Assembly: GCA_964551475.1 (NCBI GenBank)
Contig: CAZKCI010000064.1
Span: forward strand, 19,643-83,642
Reading direction: 5' to 3'
DNA length: 64,000 bases
Source of the DNA: an uncultured bacterium
Lineage (GTDB): Bacteria; Auribacterota; Erginobacteria; Erginobacterales; CAZKCI01
In this document: positions 57,911 to 64,000 of the stretch, one piece after another
Layout of the letters: each line of letters opens with the position of its first letter
Numbering within the stretch: the first letter of the stretch is position 1
Position numbers and translations under genes: made by a program
Notes under the pieces: model-generated
The model's database searches: none
The model's input: the letters and a program-made list of their open reading frames with translations, nothing else
What the model was told of the DNA's origin: nothing

Positions 57911-58057
57911 GCTATTTACTTATATATGCCGCCCAGGTTCTCTGCTGTAAAGAGGAGGCCGGAGGTAGGCACTAAACAGGTCAATCCTTGGTCTGGCGTC
58001 GGTCCCTCGCTGGCTGTTTCGGCATTTCGGACGCAGAAGAATTTGTTCGATTCTCCC

Positions 58058-58086
58058 TTGACAGGTCCATCCGGCCGGGATAGTAT
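58058..58086 (+). promoter_or_regulatory. Candidate sigma70 promoter for the ArsR-family gene: TTGACA - 17 nt - TAGTAT (overlapping TATATA)
   Basis: cccTTGACAggtccatccggccgggaTAGTATatagc; a GGAG RBS lies 10 nt before the ATG at 58111. Its coordinates overlap the track ORF 57916..58497 (-), which is dismissed as spurious under noticed_but_rejected; the overlap is acknowledged rather than contradictory. Confidence 0.55.
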
Positions 58087-58110
58087 ATAGCAAAATGGAG
58101 ATATATAAAT

Positions 58111-58464
58111 ATGAACGACCTGCGTCGGATAGAACGGATTTTCAACGCGGTGGGGAACGACACCCGTCTGCGCATCCTGAAAATGCTCGAGGTCAAGCCC
58201 AGGTGCGTCTGCGAGGTGACGCATATCCTGGGGATCGCCCAATCGAGCGTTTCGCGGCATCTGGGCCTTCTTCGGGATGCCGGGTTGATTGACAACCGAA
58301 AGGACGGATTGTGGGTCAACTATTCGCTTGTTTCCAGCACCGATGACGTCATCGCCTCGATCGTCGTCGGCCTGAGAAGGTGGGGGAACGAGGACCCGCA
58401 GATAACCAAGGACAAAGAGAAAGCCCGGACAGCCAAACGGGAGAGCATCTGTGCGAAGGGATAG
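58111..58464 (+). CDS. ArsR/SmtB-family metalloregulator
   Basis: …DTRLRILKMLEVKPRCVCEVTHILGIAQSSVSRHLGLLRDAGLI… a winged HTH with the CVC metal(loid)-binding motif in the first helix. Confidence 0.8.
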   Translation: MNDLRRIERIFNAVGNDTRLRILKMLEVKPRCVCEVTHILGIAQSSVSRHLGLLRDAGLIDNRKDGLWVNYSLVSSTDDVIASIVVGLRRWGNEDPQITKDKEKARTAKRESICAKG

Positions 58465-58530
58465 GCTCGGGTTTTTATCTTTTTCTCCCGCGGCCAAATA
58501 TTCAGATATAGAAAATCAGAGGAGATCATT

Positions 58531-59703
58531 ATGAAGCAGTGGCTCTTATTTTTCGCGATGCTGGCCGTGTTCTTGCTGGCGTATTCTTTTCCATTCGATG
58601 AAATGGGTTTTGGCGGGCCGGTCAAGGAAGCATTTCTGATGCTCCAGGAGTACGCCCAGCAGCACGTCCTTCTCTGTTTGGTTCCGGCCTTCTTCATCGC
58701 CGGGGCGATCAGCGTCTTTGTCAACCAGCAGGCAGTGATCCGCTACCTTGGCCCCCGAGCCAATAAGGTGCTGTCGTACGGAGTCGCTTCGGTCTCCGGA
58801 ACCATCCTGGCCGTCTGTTCTTGCACCGTACTTCCCATCTTCTCGGGGATCTACCAGCGGGGTGCCGGGCTGGGACCAGCCTGCGCCTTTCTCTACTCCG
58901 GCCCGGCGATCAACGTCCTCGCCATCATCCTGACCGCGCGGATACTGGGGATGGAACTGGGAGTGGCCCGGGCGGTCGGCGCAGTCGCCTTCAGCGTCAT
59001 CATCGGGCTCGCCATGCACTACATCTTTCTCAAGGAGGAACGTGCGCGAACGGTCGCGGCCAACGGTTTCAGCGGCGGAGAGGAAGAGGAAGGACGGCCG
59101 CTCTGGAAGACGGCCCTCTATTTCGCCTCGATGATCGCTATCCTCGTCTTCGCCAACTGGAGCGGGGCGACGAAACAGGAGGGCGGGGTCTGGGCCTGCA
59201 TCTTCAAGATCAAATGGGTTCTGACCGGAATTTCGCTTCTTGCTCTGATCGCCATGCTCGCTACCTGGTTTAAAAAGGACGAACTGAAGAGCTGGACATC
59301 CGCTACCTGGACCTTCTCGAAGCAAATCCTTCCGCTTCTTTTAGGGGGGGTGCTGGTGTCGGGGTTTCTCCTCGGCCGCCCCGGTCATGAAGGACTGATC
59401 CCGTCGAGATGGATTGTCGGTTTGGTCGGAGGCAATTCCCTCTTTGCCAACTTCTTCTCTTCCTTCGCGGGGGCGCTGATGTACTTCGCCACACTGACCG
59501 AGGTGCCGATCCTCCAGGGCTTGATCGGTTCGGGGATGGGGAAGGGGCCGGCCCTGGCGTTGCTCCTGGCCGGGCCGGCCTTGAGCCTGCCGAGCATGAT
59601 GGTGATCAGATCGATGATGGGGACGAAAAAGGCGTTGGTGTTTATTGCCTTGGTTGTAGGTATGTCCACGATCACGGGGATGATCTACGGGGCACTGTTC
59701 TGA
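58531..59703 (+). CDS. Permease of the ArsP_1/DUF318 family (organoarsenical/metalloid efflux candidate)
   Basis: Polytopic protein with the conserved Cys-containing motif …SGTILAVCSCTVLPIFSG… and an internal duplication typical of DUF318 permeases. It is adjacent to a thioredoxin-like partner gene. Confidence 0.65.
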   Translation: MKQWLLFFAMLAVFLLAYSFPFDEMGFGGPVKEAFLMLQEYAQQHVLLCLVPAFFIAGAISVFVNQQAVIRYLGPRANKVLSYGVASVSGTILAVCSCTVLPIFSGIYQRGAGLGPACAFLYSGPAINVLAIILTARILGMELGVARAVGAVAFSVIIGLAMHYIFLKEERARTVAANGFSGGEEEEGRPLWKTALYFASMIAILVFANWSGATKQEGGVWACIFKIKWVLTGISLLALIAMLATWFKKDELKSWTSATWTFSKQILPLLLGGVLVSGFLLGRPGHEGLIPSRWIVGLVGGNSLFANFFSSFAGALMYFATLTEVPILQGLIGSGMGKGPALALLLAGPALSLPSMMVIRSMMGTKKALVFIALVVGMSTITGMIYGALF

Positions 59704-59725
59704 GGTGAGCTTGTTGAATGGTGTT

Positions 59726-59791
59726 TGTGGGAGGGGCATTCTTGCTCCGATCCAAGACGGCTCTGATCGCGACAAGAATGTCGCTCCCACA
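59726..59791. repeat. Pair of REP-like 28-nt units in inverted orientation (TGTGGGAGGGGCATTCTTGCTCCGATCC … GATCGCGACAAGAATGTCGCTCCCACA)
   Basis: Related to the 57065-57272 units, in a head-to-head arrangement (BIME-like). Confidence 0.65.
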
Positions 59792-59837
59792 GTATGCAGA
59801 GACAATGCGCGACGTGAATCCATCAGGGAGGCTGACT

Positions 59838-60080
59838 ATGAAGATCGAAGTCCTGGGAACCGGATGTCCGAAATGCCACAAGGTGAAGGAGAACGTGCGT
59901 ACCGCCCTGGCGGAGCTGAAAAAGGAAGCCGAGATCGTCGAGGTCAAGGATTTGAAGGCCATCTCCTCATACGGGGTTATGCTTACTCCCGCGTTGGCGA
60001 TCGACGGAGAGGTCAAGACGGTGGGGAAGATCCCCTCGGTGGAGGAGGTCAAGAAACTGATAGCGAATTCGACCAAATAA
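59838..60080 (+). CDS. Small thioredoxin-fold protein (redox-active disulfide protein 2-like, CPKC active site)
   Basis: MKIEVLGTGCPKCHKVKENV… ~80 aa. It is the classic partner of DUF318 permeases. Confidence 0.7.
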   Translation: MKIEVLGTGCPKCHKVKENVRTALAELKKEAEIVEVKDLKAISSYGVMLTPALAIDGEVKTVGKIPSVEEVKKLIANSTK

Positions 60081-60099
60081 CCGAAGAGAGGAGAAGCTA

Positions 60100-60474
60100 A
60101 TGACTGCTAAAAGCAGTTGCGGCTGCGGCGGCACGGTGAAACTAGTCTTCCCCTGCTCCGGGGCGTCCGACACCGGGGAGATCGCCGACCGCGCGGCGCG
60201 GAAGATCAGTTCCGAAGGCACCGGAAACATGTATTGCCTGGCGGGGATCGGGGGGCGGGTCAGCGGCATTATGGCCACCACGAAGGCCGCCTGCCGGGTC
60301 CTGGCGATCGACGGTTGCCCTATCGCTTGTGCGAAGAAGACACTGGAAGCGGCGGGCTTCTCGGGTTTTCACCATATACGGCTCAACGATCTGGGGATGG
60401 AGAAGGGGGAGAGCCCGGTGGTGCCGGAGAGGATCGAGAAAGTGGCGGAGGCGGCGAGAAAGCTTCTCGCCTGA
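60100..60474 (+). CDS. DGC-domain putative zinc-binding protein
   Basis: Cys-rich: CGCGG…CSGAS…C…AIDGCPIAC (DGC motif). Confidence 0.6.
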   Translation: MTAKSSCGCGGTVKLVFPCSGASDTGEIADRAARKISSEGTGNMYCLAGIGGRVSGIMATTKAACRVLAIDGCPIACAKKTLEAAGFSGFHHIRLNDLGMEKGESPVVPERIEKVAEAARKLLA

Positions 60475-60479
60475 AGATA

Positions 60480-60929
60480 ATGATGAAACAAACCGCGCGT
60501 TATCTGAAAGAGATGGTACTGCTGACGGCGATTTTGGTGGCTGTCCAAGTTATTACCTCGCTGGGATGCTCCCCCAAAGAAGGCGAGCCTGCCGGTTCCG
60601 GTGAGGCATTCAAAGCCCTGCCTCCCTTCAGCGGTCTTCCCCGCCTGGTCGACCTGGGGGCGGACAAGTGCATCCCCTGCAAGATGATGGCGCCGATCCT
60701 GGAGAAACTGCGCGGGGAATACGCCGGCGTCTTCGATGTGCATTTCATCGATGTCTGGAAAAATCCGGGGGCGGGCACAGAGTTCGGCATCAAGGTCATT
60801 CCCACGCAGATATTTTACGACGGGACCGGCAAGGAGTTGGAACGCCACATCGGGTTCATCTCCAAAGATGACATCCTGGCCGCGTGGAACAAACTGGGGG
60901 TAACTATCAAGAAAGGGGCGACTAAATGA
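60480..60929 (+). CDS. Thioredoxin-like lipoprotein (TlpA/ResA-like; CIPC active site)
   Basis: A signal/lipobox region (…VQVITSLGCSPKE…) and the thioredoxin motif LGADKCIPCKMMAP. Confidence 0.6.
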   Translation: MMKQTARYLKEMVLLTAILVAVQVITSLGCSPKEGEPAGSGEAFKALPPFSGLPRLVDLGADKCIPCKMMAPILEKLRGEYAGVFDVHFIDVWKNPGAGTEFGIKVIPTQIFYDGTGKELERHIGFISKDDILAAWNKLGVTIKKGATK

Positions 60930-61858
60930 GTCTCGTTAGAATATCCGTCGCGGCGGCGTTGGCCATGGCGTGTTTTTTCACCCTTCCCGCCGGGGCACAG
61001 GACAAGGTTGCGTCTGGCACCCTCGAATCGCTCTATCCCAATCTCGCCTCGGGCATTCTGATGTATGCCCAGGTGGCGCCGCTGCCGGGGAATATCCTGC
61101 TCAGGGCCGAAGGGATGGAGATAGCCCAGAAGGATATCGATCAGTTCGTCGCCCGACAGCCGAAGCGCCTCCAGCCGGAGATGGCGAAATCCGGCTTCTT
61201 CGCCCTGGAGCAGGTAGCGACCGAGCGAATACTGCTGAAACTCGCCCGGGACGAAGCGGCGAAAAGCAGCCGCGACGTTTCCGGAATGACGGACGACCAG
61301 GTCCGGCAGACCTTCTTCGACGGTCTCACCCGTGACATAACCGTCAGCGAGGGGGACGCGGAGAAGTTCTATAAAGAAAACGAGACCCTGTTCTGCGGCG
61401 CTCCCCTGGCCCAGATCCGCCAGCAGGTCGAATCCCAGGTATCGCAGGACAAGAAACAGCGCTTCCAGGACGACTACTATCGCAACCTCGGGCAGAAGAT
61501 GGGAATAGTCGTCGCCGATGCCTGGCTCAAGGATCAGGCGCAAACCGCCCGGAACAACCCGCTGGACCAGGCCCGGGCCGCCAGCAAGCCGACCCTCGCC
61601 GTCTTCAGCGCCAAGAGCTGCTGCGGCCCGGACAAAATGGGACCGATCGTGGGGGCCATCCAGAAGACCTTCGGGGACGCCATCAACTGCGTCTCCATCG
61701 ATCCGCGGCGGGAGCAAGTCCTCTCCACACGTTATGGAGTTCGCACGATCCCCACGCAGATTTTGTTCGACCGGAACGGCAGGGAGTCTTTCCGCAACAA
61801 CGGCCTGATCACCGAGAAGGATCTGGCCGATAAAATCGGCAAACTGAAAGCCTCCTGA
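60926..61858 (+). CDS. Secreted protein with C-terminal thioredoxin-like domain (atypical SCCGPDK motif) and N-terminal chaperone-like region
   Basis: Signal peptide MSLVRISVAAALAMACFFTLPAGAQD. The C-terminal …LAVFSAKSCCGPDKMGPIV…TIPTQILFD… has a thioredoxin fold pattern. Confidence 0.5.
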   Translation: MSLVRISVAAALAMACFFTLPAGAQDKVASGTLESLYPNLASGILMYAQVAPLPGNILLRAEGMEIAQKDIDQFVARQPKRLQPEMAKSGFFALEQVATERILLKLARDEAAKSSRDVSGMTDDQVRQTFFDGLTRDITVSEGDAEKFYKENETLFCGAPLAQIRQQVESQVSQDKKQRFQDDYYRNLGQKMGIVVADAWLKDQAQTARNNPLDQARAASKPTLAVFSAKSCCGPDKMGPIVGAIQKTFGDAINCVSIDPRREQVLSTRYGVRTIPTQILFDRNGRESFRNNGLITEKDLADKIGKLKAS

Positions 61859-61859
61859 T

Positions 61860-62558
61860 ATGCAAGAGATCTTCATTCATCTGACCCGCGCGGTCGAGGG
61901 GGCCCCTCTCCTCGCCTTGGGGGCCTCCTTCGTTTGGGGTGTCCTGAGCATCCTGCTGAGCCCCTGCCACCTCGCCTCCATCCCCCTGATCGTGGGTTTC
62001 ATCGACGATCAGGGCACCATCTCCACCCGCCGGGCCTGCCACCTCGCCATCCTCTTCGCGGTGGGGATCCTGATCACCATCGGGATCGTCGGCGCGGTGA
62101 CCGCCGCCCTGGGGAGGATGATGGGCGACGTCGGGAGATACGGGAACTACCTGGTCGCGGTGATCTTCCTCGTCGTCGGCCTCCATCTGCTGGGTGTCAT
62201 CCCGATGCCCGGGTCGGGTCCCGGCAAGGTCGGGATGAAGCGGAGGGGGCTTTTTGCCGCCTTCCTCCTGGGCCTGGTTTTCGGGATCGCACTCGGCCCC
62301 TGCACCTTTGCCTACCTGGCCCCCATGCTCGCCGTGACCTTCCAGCTCGCCTCCACCAACCTTCTCTACGGGCTGGCGCTTCTTCTCGTCTACGGGATCG
62401 GCCACTGCTCGGTGATCGTCCTGGCCGGGACATTCACTGAGGTCGTGCAGCATTACCTGAACTGGAACGATCGTTCGCGGGGGGCTTTGATCGTGAAGAA
62501 GATCTGCGGTGTCCTGGTCATCCTCGGCGGGCTCTATCTGGCCTTCGGCGCCCGTTAG
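61860..62558 (+). CDS. ccdA: Cytochrome c-type biogenesis / thiol:disulfide interchange transmembrane protein (CcdA/DsbD core)
   Basis: 6 TM segments with the two conserved Cys motifs LSPCHLASIP and GPCTFAYLAP. Confidence 0.85.
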   Translation: MQEIFIHLTRAVEGAPLLALGASFVWGVLSILLSPCHLASIPLIVGFIDDQGTISTRRACHLAILFAVGILITIGIVGAVTAALGRMMGDVGRYGNYLVAVIFLVVGLHLLGVIPMPGSGPGKVGMKRRGLFAAFLLGLVFGIALGPCTFAYLAPMLAVTFQLASTNLLYGLALLLVYGIGHCSVIVLAGTFTEVVQHYLNWNDRSRGALIVKKICGVLVILGGLYLAFGAR

Positions 62559-62631
62559 ATCGAAGCGACGGGGGGGAAAATAAGCGCTCTACGATCGGAG
62601 AAGTTATGGCCATGAACCAAACGAGGAGGAC

Positions 62632-62847
62632 ATGACGAAGACCGATCAGGGTGATGGCGCAACCCGTATAAAAAAGTTGGTGCGGGAGGCGTATGCGAAG
62701 GTGGCGAAGGGGAGGGGATCGTGCTGCGGCCCTTCGTCCGCGTGCTGCTCGGCCAGCACGACCGAGTCCATCGGAACCAGCCCGGCGAAAATCCGGGATC
62801 TCGAAGATTCCGTCGCCAGCATCAAGGTCAGGGCTGTTAAACCTTAG
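62632..62847 (+). CDS. Small Cys-rich protein (71 aa) resembling only the N-terminal ~45 residues of arsenite S-adenosylmethionine methyltransferase (ArsM)
   Basis: …[24 protein letters not shown]… with a good GAGGAGGA RBS. No methyltransferase fold follows in any frame. Confidence 0.4.
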   Translation: MTKTDQGDGATRIKKLVREAYAKVAKGRGSCCGPSSACCSASTTESIGTSPAKIRDLEDSVASIKVRAVKP

Positions 62848-62876
62848 CGGAATCCGGGAAATACAGGAGGGCCGGG

Positions 62877-64000
62877 ATGAGCGCGGGAGAAAGTCAGGTC
62901 AAGAGAGGCTTGGGTTTCTTCGAGAAGTATCTAACGGTCTGGGTCATCCTCTGCATCGGAGTGGGGATATTCCTCGGGAGGATTGCCCCTGGTGTGGCGA
63001 CGTTCCTGGACGGTCTCGCTATCTACGTTGGCGACGCCCCCGCCGTGTCGATCCCCATCGCGATCTGCCTTTTTTTCATGATGTACCCGATCATGGTAAA
63101 GATCGACTTCGCGGAGGTGATCAGCGCCGGCAGGACGCCGAAGCCAGTGGCCCTCACGCTGTTCGCAAACTGGGCCATCAAGCCGTTCACCATGTACGCG
63201 ATCGGGGTCTTCTTCCTGGGCACCCTGTTCATCAAGTTCATCGGGGTTGACGCGGTGGATTACGTGAAGATGCCGCTCGGGCTCAACCTCGATCTTGGAG
63301 CGGCCTACGGCGCGGGGAAGGTCGTCATGCACGGGGGGATGAAAATGCTCGCGGTGCCGCTCTGGCGGAGCTATTTTGCCGGCTGCATCCTCCTCGGCAT
63401 CGCCCCTTGCACGGCGATGGTCCTTGTCTGGGGGTACCTCGCCAAGGGGAACGACGGCCATACGCTCGTCATGGTGGCGATCAATTCCCTCTCCATGCTC
63501 CTTCTCTACGGCCCGCTCGGGGGCTTCCTTCTCGGGGTCGGCCGCATCCCGGTCCCGTGGCAGGCGCTCGTTCTCTCGATTGGGATCTACGTGGCCCTGC
63601 CCCTCGTCGCAGGGTACTACTCGCGGAAATGGATCATCCGGGCCAAGGGAATCGTGTGGTTCAGTGAGAAGTTCCTCCACGTTCTTACGCCCGTGACCAT
63701 CATCGCCCTTCTCACCACGCTCGTGCTCCTCTTCTCGTTCAAGGGCGAGATCATCACTGCAAAGCCGCTCACAATCCTCTGGCTCGCCATCCCCCTGTTC
63801 CTCCAGACGATGCTCATATTCTGGATCACCTACGGCCTCGCGAAGGTCCTCCGCCTCAGTTACGAGGACGCGGCGCCAAGCGCCATGATCGGCGCCTCGA
63901 ACCACTTTGAGGTCGCCATCGCCACCGCAACGCTCCTCTTCGGCCTCTCCTCCGGTGCGGCCCTCGCCACCGTGGTCGGCGTCCTCATCGAGGTGCCCTC
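62877..64000 (+). CDS. acr3: Arsenite efflux transporter, ACR3 family (3' end outside window)
   Basis: ATG 62877 after AGGAGG. Own translation [34 protein letters not shown]…[21 protein letters not shown]…[22 protein letters not shown]… matches the ACR3/bile-acid:Na+ symporter fold. It is open to the window end. Confidence 0.8.
   Translation, partial: MSAGESQVKRGLGFFEKYLTVWVILCIGVGIFLGRIAPGVATFLDGLAIYVGDAPAVSIPIAICLFFMMYPIMVKIDFAEVISAGRTPKPVALTLFANWAIKPFTMYAIGVFFLGTLFIKFIGVDAVDYVKMPLGLNLDLGAAYGAGKVVMHGGMKMLAVPLWRSYFAGCILLGIAPCTAMVLVWGYLAKGNDGHTLVMVAINSLSMLLLYGPLGGFLLGVGRIPVPWQALVLSIGIYVALPLVAGYYSRKWIIRAKGIVWFSEKFLHVLTPVTIIALLTTLVLLFSFKGEIITAKPLTILWLAIPLFLQTMLIFWITYGLAKVLRLSYEDAAPSAMIGASNHFEVAIATATLLFGLSSGAALATVVGVLIEVP

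Noticed and set aside
57916-58497. Minus-strand 193-aa ORF opposite the ArsR gene
   Set aside because: It runs antisense to a clear ArsR/SmtB HTH protein and its promoter, and has no motifs.

Overview
This is a GC-rich (~67-70%) bacterial chromosomal segment. Every confidently called gene (about 55 CDS plus one tRNA-Leu) is on the + strand. The long minus-strand ORFs look like high-GC artefacts, apart from one minus-strand remnant of a CoxS-like gene.

The gene content is mainly conserved housekeeping:
- an Opp/Dpp-type ABC importer (BCDF);
- a membrane H+/Na+-pyrophosphatase and an outer-membrane beta-barrel protein;
- a CheY-like receiver, a PAS histidine kinase, a HEAT lipoprotein and TPR/LysM proteins;
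- a nitroreductase, secA and lnt;
- prfB with its programmed +1 frameshift, an RRM protein, lysS, lolC/E-lolD and ilvE;
- mcsA-mcsB-clpC, proS and a BtpA-like protein;
- the nusA-infB-rbfA-nrnA-truB-ribF-rpsO-pnp block, ftsK, a RodZ-like protein and rimO.

Two accessory stretches stand out:
- a Phd/RelE toxin-antitoxin islet with a hypothetical protein, a NADAR lipoprotein and a flavoprotein, inserted in front of nusA where rimP usually sits;
- a lower-GC arsenic/thiol-redox island at the 3' end (arsR, ArsP-type permease, several thioredoxin-like proteins, a DGC protein, ccdA, a small Cys-rich ORF and ACR3), bounded by palindromes and the CoxS-like gene remnant.

The most unusual property of the window is the density and variety of structured intergenic repeats placed immediately after stop codons of co-directional genes:
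- a ~125-bp MITE-like element with ~45-bp imperfect terminal inverted repeats (about 13 copies at 7 loci, all in the same orientation; in one case it supplies the ilvE stop codon);
- arrays of 7-9-mer microsatellites (CTGAACC, CTGAAGG, CGTCCAT, TTCAACG, GGAGTA-T and others) arranged as inverted blocks that would fold into 130-160-nt hairpins;
- 28-nt REP-like palindromes;
- a CGATCG-cored palindrome family.

Non-CDS coordinates are approximate (a few bp), because they were derived by reading the raw sequence.
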